DNA from: Candidatus Aldehydirespiratoraceae bacterium
GTDB lineage: Bacteria; Actinomycetota; Acidimicrobiia; Acidimicrobiales; Aldehydirespiratoraceae
Assembly (NCBI GenBank): GCA_965249055.1
Contig: CBDFKX010000002.1
Coordinates: 1,613,800-1,677,799 of the forward strand
Length of the DNA stretch: 64,000 bases
Reading direction: 5' to 3'
How positions within the stretch are numbered: position 1 is the stretch's first letter; every line of letters starts with the position of its first letter. A program made the position numbers and the translations under genes. Below, one piece after another: positions 8,854 to 17,373 of the stretch. The notes under the pieces are model-generated. The model saw only the letters and a program-made list of their open reading frames with translations. It did no database searches and was not told where the DNA came from.

Positions 8854-9807
8854 ATGCAGATCAACAACAACAACGAGCCCCGACGCACAAGATTCGTCAA
8901 TGTTGGCCAAGACGAGAGCGACGAGATCGTTTTGGTTGCGAAAGCACTCAGTTCCCCTGCACGAATCCGAATCCTCGAATTCTTGCAGGACAAAAATGCC
9001 AACGTCTCCGAAATCGCTCATGGCCTGGACATGCCAAGAGCGACCGCAGACCAGCATATCTCCATCCTTGCGGATGCTGGATTCTTGGGTTTTGAGACCA
9101 TTCCAGCGAAACGTGGCGTCCAGAAGATGTGTATACGGAATCACGACATCGTCGTGTTTCACGTGCCGAAGAGCCGGGTGAGAGAGGGTCGCGACGCTGT
9201 CGTTACCGACATGCCGATCGGGAACTTTGTTGACTACTCGGTCAGCGCGACCTGCGGACTCGCGAACGAAGAGATGCTCATCGGTTATTCCGACGATGTT
9301 GCGTCCTTCCATGAGCCGGAACGGGTGACGGCTCAGATCATCTGGTTCGCCGTGGGTTACCTTGAATATCGTTTTCCATTCCGTCCCAAAGAGGGTCGCC
9401 TGCCGAAGGCGCTCGAGTTGACCATGGAAATCTGTTCAGAAGCGATAGCACATCATCTTGACTGGCCTTCCGACATCTTTCTCGAAGTGAACGACGTCCC
9501 TCTCGGCGTGTGGACATCTCCCGCAGATTTCGGCGGGAAGCGTGGAATCCTGACGCCCTCCTGGTGGGGAATTGAGAATAGCCAGTTCGGTGTGCTCAAG
9601 ACTTGGAGTGTTACCTCAGAGGGAACGACTCTTGATGGAGATCGGCTCTCTGATGTCACGCTGAGCGACCTGGCTCTGGACAGCTATCCATACGTCAAGG
9701 TTCGGCTGGGTGTCCGACCGGATGCCGTGAATGTTGGTGGGCTGAATCTCTTCGGAGAGAAGTTTGGAAACAGCGCGCAAGGGATCGTGCTCAAGCTGGA
9801 ATTCTAG
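8854..9807 (+). CDS. ArsR-family winged-helix regulator with a ~220-aa C-terminal domain
   Basis: LVAKALSSPARIRILEFLQDKNANVSEIAHGLDMPRATADQHISILADAGFL is an ArsR/SmtB HTH pattern. The ORF is intact at 317 aa and its GC is lower than the neighbours. Confidence 0.75.
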   Translation: MQINNNNEPRRTRFVNVGQDESDEIVLVAKALSSPARIRILEFLQDKNANVSEIAHGLDMPRATADQHISILADAGFLGFETIPAKRGVQKMCIRNHDIVVFHVPKSRVREGRDAVVTDMPIGNFVDYSVSATCGLANEEMLIGYSDDVASFHEPERVTAQIIWFAVGYLEYRFPFRPKEGRLPKALELTMEICSEAIAHHLDWPSDIFLEVNDVPLGVWTSPADFGGKRGILTPSWWGIENSQFGVLKTWSVTSEGTTLDGDRLSDVTLSDLALDSYPYVKVRLGVRPDAVNVGGLNLFGEKFGNSAQGIVLKLEF

Positions 9808-9874
9808 GGCTACCCGGGTCATCGGCCGCCCGTTCTTACACGAACGAAAACCTCGAGAAAGTTGGAATGCTCAA

Positions 9875-10850
9875 ATGCCGTTATTCGATATGCCGCTGGA
9901 AGAGCTGGAGCGCTATCTGCCTTTCCGTGGCGAACCCAAGGACTTCGACAACTTCTGGAGCGAAACGCTCAGCGACGCGAGTACGGTGTCGTTGAATTCG
10001 GTGTTTACCCCCCGTCGACGCCGGCCTCCAAACAGTCGACGCCTACGACCTTGAGTTCTGCGGCTACGGCGGACATCCGGTCAGGGGTTGGTTCTTGTTG
10101 CCAAAGACGGCGCGTGGACCTCACCCGTGCGTCGTTCAGTATCTCGGGTACACGGTAGGTCGGGGCTCCTGTTTCGATTGGCTCTTGTGGCCCAGCCTGG
10201 GGTTTGCGTGCCTAGTGATGGACACGCGGGGGCAAGGGGGGTCCAACCATCATCCGGGCTCGACATCAGATGTCGCTCCGGCGGAGAGCGGCTCCTACGT
10301 GCCCGGGTTCATGACGCAAGGGATCTTGGATCCGCAGGCGTACTACTACCGACGCGTCTTTGTTGACGCGATTCGGGCGGTGAAGGTCGCGCAAGAGCAC
10401 GTTGCGGTGGATCCAGAACGCATTGCGGCGCTGGGTGCGAGTCAAGGTGGTGGAATCGCGTTGGCGGTTGCGGGTCGTGATCATTCCCTCAAGGTCGTTC
10501 TTCCGGACGTTCCCTTCCTCTGCCATTTCCGACGGGCAACCGATCTTGTCGATACGAAGCCGTATGCGGAAATAACGGAGTACTTGGCCGCTCACCGTGA
10601 TGCATCAGACGACGTCTTTCGGACGTTGTCCTATTTCGATGGGATGAATTTTGCATCTCGCGCTACGGCTCGAGCCGCCTTCTCCGTACGGCTAGCAGAC
10701 ACCACATGTCCGCCCAGCACCGTCTATGCAGCATTCAACCATTACGCCGGACCCAAGGAGATCGTCGTCTATCGCTACAACAACCATGAAGGTGGAGGGC
10801 CAGCCCAACGAGATTTGCAAGTCAAGCTCCTCCGCGAGGAGTTGCTCTGA
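9875..10850 (+). pseudogene. CE7 acetyl xylan esterase / cephalosporin-C deacetylase, frameshifted
   Basis: The N-terminus MPLFDMPLEELERYLPFRGEPKDFDNFW is in one frame. The remainder (GWFLLPKTARGPHPCVVQYLGY...MDTRGQG...GASQGGGIA...VPFLCHF...TLSYFD...CPPSTV...HEGG) is in another. The switch occurs at a C6 run (10008-10013), and removing one C restores VFTPVDAGLQTVDAYDLEFCGYGGHPVRGW. Confidence 0.85.
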
Positions 10851-10970
10851 ATCTATGAGCTTTGGCAATGTCTTGTGCCCGCCTCGGCGCAACGTCACAA
10901 ACCCACCGACCGGTTCGGAGAGGTGTTGGGCGAGAACCGCGCAAAAGGCCGCTGGCGATTCCCGTAGAGG

Positions 10971-12242
10971 TCAGGAAGTGGTCCAAAGACATGAGATCGG
11001 TAGGGCCAATATGCGGTCTTCGAGCCGGTAGGCACGTTCGCCGGTATGCAGGACCACGCCGCAAACGAAATCGTCGGACACCTTGTCGCGAAGCCAGCGC
11101 AAGTGCCGGGCATCAGATCTATCGACGGCAGGCCCCGACTTGATCTCAACCGCTACCAGCCGTCCGTCCGCCGCCTCAGCGACGACATCAATCTCCACGC
11201 CGCCACGATCGCGGAAATGATGCAGCGTGATGGCGCTGCGATGCCAGGACGCTTGGCGGTACATCTCATTGACGGCGAACGACTCGATGATCTGGCCACG
11301 AGCAGGGTCGGTAGGACGCGCCAGTGACTGCGGCGACTTGCCGAGGATGTGAGCAGCGAGTCCGCTGTCGGTGATATGCACCTTCTGTCGGCGGGTGGCC
11401 TTGCTAGTGAGATTCCGCGACCAGGCGGGCAACTGCAGCACCAGATAGGTCATCTGTAGGTACCCGAGGTATGCCTCGGTGGTGTGACGACTCCCAAACC
11501 CGGCGTCGTCGTGCAGGTTCTTCACCACCAACTCGCCCGCTGTACGCGCCGCTAGCAACTTCAGCAGTTTGGGCAGATCTTGCGTGCGCCGGGCACCGGA
11601 TAGATCCTTGATGTCGCGCTGGATGACGGTCCGCAGATAGTCGCGGAACCATTGCTGGCGGGCCTGCGGCGGCATGGAAATCGCCTCGGGGAAGCCACCT
11701 GTGCAGGCCCGCTCAAGGTAATCGCCCGTGCTCAGAGGCGAGGCTCCGCCTTCGATGAGGCGGTCAGGGTCTGAGAAAGCCGCTTCGATGAACCCATCAG
11801 GCTCATGGTGCATCTCGCCTTGAGTTAACGGCCACAGCTCCAAGAACGCAGCCCGCCCAGCGAGAGATTCTGAGATGGTCGGAACGGTCAGGAAGTCTGC
11901 CGACCCATTGAGCAGGAACTGGCCGCGTCTGGCGTCGTCGTCCACGACGCTCTTGATCGCCCGTATCAGAGGCTCCCCGGCGCGTTGCACCTCGTCGAAA
12001 GCCCGCGGGGTCTCTCCGAACGCTGCGAACCCATCCGGGTCGGCCAGCGCGGCTTGCAGTGTCGCGGCGCGGTCAAGCCGTGCAAAGGTGCCTGCACCGT
12101 CCAACACATGACGCACCAGGGTGGTCTTGCCCGCTTGTCGCGGCCCGGTGACCACCACGACTCGGAAATCACCCAACGCCCGGCGTGTGATCGGTTCGAG
12201 CCTCCTCGACAGTATGTCCACAACTCTCCCTGCTGCCATCAT
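10971..12242 (-). CDS. AAA+ ATPase with DUF4143-type C-terminal domain
   Basis: Walker A is VVVTGPRQAGKTTL. The overall pattern (FDEVQR, LLNGSA, WFRDYL...IQRDI, HFRDRGGVEIDVV) is that of the AAA_14/DUF4143 family. Confidence 0.85.
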   Translation of the reverse strand: MMAAGRVVDILSRRLEPITRRALGDFRVVVVTGPRQAGKTTLVRHVLDGAGTFARLDRAATLQAALADPDGFAAFGETPRAFDEVQRAGEPLIRAIKSVVDDDARRGQFLLNGSADFLTVPTISESLAGRAAFLELWPLTQGEMHHEPDGFIEAAFSDPDRLIEGGASPLSTGDYLERACTGGFPEAISMPPQARQQWFRDYLRTVIQRDIKDLSGARRTQDLPKLLKLLAARTAGELVVKNLHDDAGFGSRHTTEAYLGYLQMTYLVLQLPAWSRNLTSKATRRQKVHITDSGLAAHILGKSPQSLARPTDPARGQIIESFAVNEMYRQASWHRSAITLHHFRDRGGVEIDVVAEAADGRLVAVEIKSGPAVDRSDARHLRWLRDKVSDDFVCGVVLHTGERAYRLEDRILALPISCLWTTS

Positions 12243-12276
12243 TGCGCGCGATCTAGTGCAACTATCGTCCCTATGT

Positions 12277-12311
12277 TACTGCCATTATTATCTGCTTCCT
12301 ACTGCCATTAT
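12277..12311. repeat. 12-bp direct repeat TACTGCCATTAT x2 (23-bp period) upstream of the ATPase gene
   Basis: The copies at 12277-12288 and 12300-12311 are identical and lie in an AT-richer intergenic region. This may be an operator or iteron, but its function is unknown. Confidence 0.4.
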
Positions 12312-12545
12312 CGTCTCTCCTGTGGCTGACAGCCCGGGTCTCCCGTGGCGTTGGCAGACTATTAAATAACCCCAGGTCAGCAAGGGTGCGTTCGGAAGGG
12401 ACGGAACGGTCAAACCTCAAAACCAGAACGGTTTTTGGGCCTAACCCCCAGTGCCCGGGGACTCCCGCTGGTGCTAACCGTCTTTGTCGTCAGCACCGTG
12501 AGATGTTGACACCGGGTGGCGACCCCATGATGTCGCCCTACGCGG

Positions 12546-12551
12546 TAGAAT
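12546..12551 (+). promoter_or_regulatory. -10-like hexamer TAGAAT positioned for a leaderless transcript
   Basis: TAGAAT ends 6 nt before the ATG at 12558 and there is no SD sequence. Actinobacterial leaderless mRNAs typically start at the A of the start codon. Confidence 0.35.
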
Positions 12552-12557
12552 GGGTCC

Positions 12558-12836
12558 ATGAGTAGAGTCAATTTGAGATCAGTCAGCGTTACCACCGGAC
12601 CACCTGCCTTTGATGGCGCTCTATGCGACAACCGCGGGTGCGCGTCAAAGGCGGAGGTGCAACTCACGTTCCGAACCCGCCGGAAGCATGCCTGTGAGAG
12701 ACACAAAGAAGAAATGGCGCAGGAACTGGTCAGGCCAGAGGCGGAAAAGCGTGCGTTTCAGCACGCAGAGAAAGAAGTCGAAAAAATGCTGGACAAGACA
12801 CTGGGCCGTACCCGCACCATCAATATCAAGTTCTAG
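12558..12836 (+). CDS. small Cys/His-containing hypothetical protein (92 aa)
   Basis: ATG ORF. The N-terminal part has C-x5-C...C-x2-H (CDNRGC...ACERH), and the C-terminal part is a charged helix. No family was recognised. Confidence 0.4.
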   Translation: MSRVNLRSVSVTTGPPAFDGALCDNRGCASKAEVQLTFRTRRKHACERHKEEMAQELVRPEAEKRAFQHAEKEVEKMLDKTLGRTRTINIKF

Positions 12837-13052
12837 CGCTGGAATAGCGCCTGCGTCTCAGAGGGCGACGGTGCCCTTGGGTTGGCTGTAACGGATTTCT
12901 CGAATAGCGAAACGGATCGCGGCTTCGGCCGGGTCGGGGTGTCTCTCCGAACGCTGCCGTACAGGATGCTTCCTAAGGTCGGACCGGCGCGCCTGTGGGG
13001 CCTGGTGTCGGGCTGCTTATTGCGCAGCGCAGCCGACAGATGGAGGAGGTAA

Positions 13053-14666
13053 TTACCCCCGAGAGTCGTCCGGCCCGGTCAGTATCGCACCGAGGGAATC
13101 CAAGAAAGAGATTGCATCTTCAAAGATGTCGGCTATCGCCCTCTGCCTGTCGTCGATTGAATGTTTCTGGAAAACTTTTGCTCGCTTAGCTCCCGCTCGA
13201 TGTTGGCAGACATTGCGGAGGTCGTTGATCTTCCGCAGGAAGCTGATGTTCTGCGTTAGTTGTTGATGGCCTTTTTGGGCGAGCCATCGTTCGAGTAGGT
13301 CGATGGACTTCTCGCCGGTTTCACCCTTCGCCAGTTCCGATTTCATCTGTGCGGTGTTGAGGCTTTCGACCAGTAGTTTGTGAAGAGCGTGAACTTGATT
13401 GCAGAACTCCGCATCGCTCCCTCGGGGTGGGACGCGGAGGCTTGCGAGGAGTCCAGGTTCGTCCTCGTCGGGGTCTCTGAGCAAGTCCCAACTCCAGGTT
13501 GCGGACCATCTGTCCCGGAACCTCTCGTATGCCTGTTGGAGCCGCCACGCTGGGGAGTCGGCTTCGGCCCATTCCCCCAAGATGTCACGCCTGACAGCGG
13601 TCTGGCTTGGAACCCCCTCGGGCACGACTATGTTGTGGGCGAGCCAGTGGTGGCGTTCCCGTTCGGGTAGGCAGCGTCCTAGGTCGCCGAGCCACACCGT
13701 CACATGGTCGGGATGGTTGTTGTCCAGCCGCATGTCCCAAAGCCCACCGCAGGCGAGGTGTCCGTCGCTCACGTCGTATTTCGAGTCGGCGTGGTAGCGG
13801 TCGAGCACATCTAAAGCGAAGTACACGGGCGTGACATAGTTCAAGGCATCGGGGTTGCGGCCGAAGTAATCGCCCAGCGCATCGGGATCGCAGGTGCTCT
13901 TGATTGGTTCACCCGCCGCTGTTTCGCCGACGACGAACTCCGGGTAGCCAACATCCTCCTCACGTCCGAACGGCCCTTCTCCGCACTCTGATCTGGGTGG
14001 GGGCAATATCAGCTTCTTGCCCAGAAGCAGAGACGACCAGTCGCCTGTTCGTGCGTTCCCCCGTACCGACAAGTGTAGGTAGTGGTTGTCGCCTCTGTAG
14101 TCGTGCTCCAGCACAGGATCGCTGCAAAAGGGGGCAGTGGTGATCACCGAATCCACGTATCGGACCAGCGCGACCTGTGCAGCCGCTTGAAACTGCCGCA
14201 ACAGCTTCGTGCGGACCCGGACGAGCGAGTCGCTCACCTCGCAGGCGACCTCGTCAGTACCGTCCTCATATAGCTTCTTGTATTCCCCGCAATCGGCGTG
14301 CCACAGGTTGTGGTGGAGACTGAACTCTTGAAGCAGGTGCGGAAGCATCTGCGGGAGGACCCCTAGGTGGTCTTGGATGATGGCGATGGGCTCGACTCCG
14401 TTGTCGCCGAAGGAACGGTCGTAGCCAACCTCGCCATCGCTAGTCCACCAAAGCGATGGCCCGCCACTTGCTATATGGATATCCCATTTGTAATCCTGCA
14501 AAATGGCAGGCACCGAAGATAGCGGAGCAAATCCGGCAAACAGTCCAGGGTCGCCACTGCGGTACACGATGGTCCAGGACCCCTCGTCGCCAGCGAGGAA
14601 CTCTTGCACCACTTCCCCTTGCCAGAATTCATCGGGAGGCTTCTGTCCCGTGGAAGGCACTCGCAC
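13053..14666 (-). CDS. 537-aa hypothetical protein with a C-terminal HEPN-like Rx4H motif
   Basis: Long clean ORF. The C-terminal ~70 aa (NISFLRKINDLRNVCQHRAGAKRAKVF...IFEDAISFLDSL) contain R-NVCQ-H in a helical-looking context. The N-terminal ~450 aa were not recognised. Confidence 0.6.
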   Translation of the reverse strand: MRVPSTGQKPPDEFWQGEVVQEFLAGDEGSWTIVYRSGDPGLFAGFAPLSSVPAILQDYKWDIHIASGGPSLWWTSDGEVGYDRSFGDNGVEPIAIIQDHLGVLPQMLPHLLQEFSLHHNLWHADCGEYKKLYEDGTDEVACEVSDSLVRVRTKLLRQFQAAAQVALVRYVDSVITTAPFCSDPVLEHDYRGDNHYLHLSVRGNARTGDWSSLLLGKKLILPPPRSECGEGPFGREEDVGYPEFVVGETAAGEPIKSTCDPDALGDYFGRNPDALNYVTPVYFALDVLDRYHADSKYDVSDGHLACGGLWDMRLDNNHPDHVTVWLGDLGRCLPERERHHWLAHNIVVPEGVPSQTAVRRDILGEWAEADSPAWRLQQAYERFRDRWSATWSWDLLRDPDEDEPGLLASLRVPPRGSDAEFCNQVHALHKLLVESLNTAQMKSELAKGETGEKSIDLLERWLAQKGHQQLTQNISFLRKINDLRNVCQHRAGAKRAKVFQKHSIDDRQRAIADIFEDAISFLDSLGAILTGPDDSRG

Positions 14667-15124
14667 AGCCTAGGACTTCACGCACCGTCGTCTCGTCCAT
14701 GCCACCACGAAACAATACGCGGTGAACAGTTCAATCCGGTCACAGCGAAGTCCATGTGATGCGCTAGGGATCGGGATCGGTGGAAGGCGACAGTGCCGGA
14801 AATGGTCTTTCACGCTGGGTTGTCTCTTCCCCCGAATCGGTCGATGAGTTGCTGCGTTATCTCGGACGTGCCGAACTTCGTTTCATGTTTGCGGCATAGC
14901 GGGACGGTCACCGACGCTTCACTGGCCCGGTCGGGAGCCGCATCCGCAGGAACGTTGTGCTCTTGAACCGACACCGCACGCCGACGAAGCAGATTCGCGA
15001 GCAGGATCAGCGAGTCCCCTGCGATCCCAGCATCCCTGCTTACGTGTGGGTGTCAACCCAACCGTGGTGACCACGATCCACCACTAGGGTGGTGTTGTTG
15101 CGACAGAGAAAGGGCCTCACAACC

Positions 15125-15430
15125 ATGGCATCATCCAGTTCATCAGGTGTCTCTCAATACCATCTGCTCCGCTTCAACGAGCAGCAGGATCTGCTATTCA
15201 TCAGGGTTGGCATGGACAAGCAGCAGACCATGCCAGAAGCTGCGCTCCAAACGGCCCCTGGCGGCGTATGGGTAGGTGAGTATGCCGCTAGTGAAGACGA
15301 CGAGACTGTGCAAGTTCTTGTATTCGTAAACGCGATGAAGGACAGTGGTCTCAAGCGCGGAGAGGTTGTTGATGCGCTCAACCGTGCGGTGTCGCGTCTT
15401 ACGCGGAGACTAGAGGCGCAGGTCAACTAG
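15125..15430 (+). CDS. small hypothetical protein (DUF2283-like pattern)
   Basis: ATG at 15125. The pattern YHLLRFNEQQDLLFIRVG...GVWVGEY...VQVLVFVNA loosely resembles DUF2283, which is weak support. Confidence 0.4.
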   Translation: MASSSSSGVSQYHLLRFNEQQDLLFIRVGMDKQQTMPEAALQTAPGGVWVGEYAASEDDETVQVLVFVNAMKDSGLKRGEVVDALNRAVSRLTRRLEAQVN

Positions 15431-15980
15431 GTGCCCGGCCTTCTCGGCTATCTTCTCCAACGTCTTGTCTGCTATGTGTTTGCGGAGCCGGACAGCAAGC
15501 GCCGCAGCTAGGTGTTGGCTATCGTCGCTTCTTGAGTTCTCGTTTGATGCGTTCTCGTAGGTGTTCGGTTCCCCATAGTTGCGTTTCGCCTGGTTCTGTC
15601 CGGCGGCCTGTCCTGTTTCATCAATGACATGGGTGCTCGTATTGTTGGCGCTCATTCGTCGGGGGCGGGTCTGACTCGTGACATGGTTGGCCCTTGGTGT
15701 CTTGGAGGTGACCTGTCGGTTCGTTTCTGGTGGGAGGGCTCGTGATGTCCTGATCAAGGCCACACCAATGACCTACGTACACCCGCACCTTCCGTTTGGG
15801 GTCATCGGAAGGGAGCAAGCTCGAGGTCTGAGTGACCATCACGATGTCACACCCACTTAGTACGGTACTTTCATGACACAAACAGCACGCGGCATTCACC
15901 AACGCCGACGCCCAATCTCCATCCAAATTTTTGTTATGTTCTCCAATACTGAGCTTCCCCCTGTTGGCTGGACACTTGGT

Positions 15981-16874
15981 TTATGCTGCTTGTTCTAGTC
16001 GTTGTTGTTGGTGGTTCTCCCATTCTGTGGGGGTCAGGTAGTTGAGGGTGGAGTGGATTCTGTGGGTGTTGTAACGGCCGATCCAGGCGAAGATCTCTCG
16101 TCGTGCTTGGTTTCGGGTCGCGAACCGGGTTTGTGTGACGAGTTCTCGTTTCAACGATGAGAAGAACGACTCGGCGATGCTGTTGTCCCAGCAGTTGCCG
16201 ACCCGGCCAACAGATTGGCGCATGCCGTGTCGGCGTAGCGCGGAGGCGAAGTCACCGCTGAGGTATTGCGAGCCGCGGTCGGAGTGGAAGATAACCCCGG
16301 TAGTGCGGCCGCCTCTGGATGCGGCGGCTGTGTTGAGAGCGTCGATGACGAGACGGGCAGGCATATCCGCGGCCATGGAGTAGCCGATGACCCGCCTGGA
16401 CCCGATGTCTAACACGACAGCAAGGTGCAGCCAGCCCTGGCCCGTTGCGATGTAGGTGATGTCGCCCGCCCACACCGTGTCAGGCCGGCCGGGACCGAAG
16501 TCGCGGCGCACCAGATCATCAGGCGTCGAACACACACCAGCGGCTGGTCTGAAGCGGGGTTTGCGCCGCTTATAGATACCGCAGATCCCGTTGACCCGCA
16601 TCAACCGCTCAACACGTTTGTGGTTCACCCGCCGGCCCTGCCGACGCAGCACGGCGGTCACCCTCGGCGACCCGTAAGCCCCACCGGAGTCGCTGTGGAT
16701 GCGACGTATCTCATCGACCAGTTCGGCTGTGGCCAACTCTTTGAGGCTAGACCCCCGCGCTTGGCGGTCAGACCAGTCATAAAACGCCTGACGGCCCACA
16801 CCAGCGATCCGACACGACACTACAGTCGGGAACCCTTCGGCCTTCCGAGAAGCGACCCACAAATAGCGGGTCAC
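15981..16874 (-). CDS. IS3-family transposase OrfB (integrase core, DDE)
   Basis: The ORF contains WAGDITYI, HSDRGSQY and WDNSIAESFFSSLKRE...YNTHRIHSTLNYLTPTEWE. Confidence 0.95.
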   Translation of the reverse strand: MTRYLWVASRKAEGFPTVVSCRIAGVGRQAFYDWSDRQARGSSLKELATAELVDEIRRIHSDSGGAYGSPRVTAVLRRQGRRVNHKRVERLMRVNGICGIYKRRKPRFRPAAGVCSTPDDLVRRDFGPGRPDTVWAGDITYIATGQGWLHLAVVLDIGSRRVIGYSMAADMPARLVIDALNTAAASRGGRTTGVIFHSDRGSQYLSGDFASALRRHGMRQSVGRVGNCWDNSIAESFFSSLKRELVTQTRFATRNQARREIFAWIGRYNTHRIHSTLNYLTPTEWENHQQQRLEQAA

Positions 16875-17188
16875 TGCCCCGACTCCTGCACCCAGAAGGC
16901 CGTCGCTCGTTTGAGCAGTTCACGCTCCATCCTCAGCTTCGCGTTCTCCCGACGCAACCGCGTCAGCTCCACACGCTCCTCAGTGGTGAGACCTGGTTTG
17001 TCGCCTCGGTCAATACGGGCCTGACGAACCCAGTTCCCCAGATTGTTCGCACCGATCCCCAAATCACGCGCGACTCCAGCGATCGGCCTTTCCCCGTCCA
17101 ACACCAACGCCACAGCGTCAGCCTTGAACTCTCTACTGAACCGCCGCCGAGTCCTAACCGACAGCTTGTCTTGTTCCATCAATGACAT
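16871..17188 (-). CDS. IS3-family transposase OrfA (HTH)
   Basis: The ORF contains RRFSREFKADAVALV...IAGVARDLGIGANNLGNWVRQ...LRRENAKLRMERELLKRATAFW and overlaps orfB by 4 nt. Confidence 0.95.
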   Translation of the reverse strand: MSLMEQDKLSVRTRRRFSREFKADAVALVLDGERPIAGVARDLGIGANNLGNWVRQARIDRGDKPGLTTEERVELTRLRRENAKLRMERELLKRATAFWVQESGQ

Positions 17189-17373
17189 GAATACCTCCTA
17201 ATCGAGGTGTCCGGCCAAAGGGGGGATGCTCATACCGACACTGCTGAGGAATGGTTCATCGACCGCAATTGGTCCAGCGGTATGCGGTGCGGGGTCAGCG
17301 GCAACGTGGGAGTGCGTAAGGCGGCAAGGCAAATAACCGGAAGGCGATTCTCCCGCCTGGATCTCATTGCGCC

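Larger units (their letters stand above)
15950..17232 (-). mobile_element. IS3-family insertion sequence, complete (1283 bp)
   Basis: The terminal inverted repeats are TGAGCTTCCCCCTGTTGGCTGGACAC... and the reverse complement of the right end, TGAGCATCCCCCCTTTGGCCGGACAC... (26/33 identical). A 3-bp direct repeat TAC flanks the element at 15947-15949 and 17233-17235. orfA and orfB lie inside. Confidence 0.9.

Noticed and set aside
14667-15088. Possible small minus-strand gene upstream of the 537-aa HEPN-like gene
   Set aside because: The hand translation gives at most ~52 codons from a GTG, with no motif and no SD sequence. It is below the level at which I can support a call.
15410-15926. Two overlapping minus-strand ORFs (117 aa and 101 aa) upstream of the IS3/dcm locus, considered as a Vsr-like or HTH partner of the methyltransferase
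   Set aside because: The resemblance is limited to a few residues (CDIV...RVYVGHW, and LAVRLRKHIADKTLEKIAEKAG ending abruptly at a stop). The two ORFs overlap each other in different frames, so at most one is real. This is not enough to call either.
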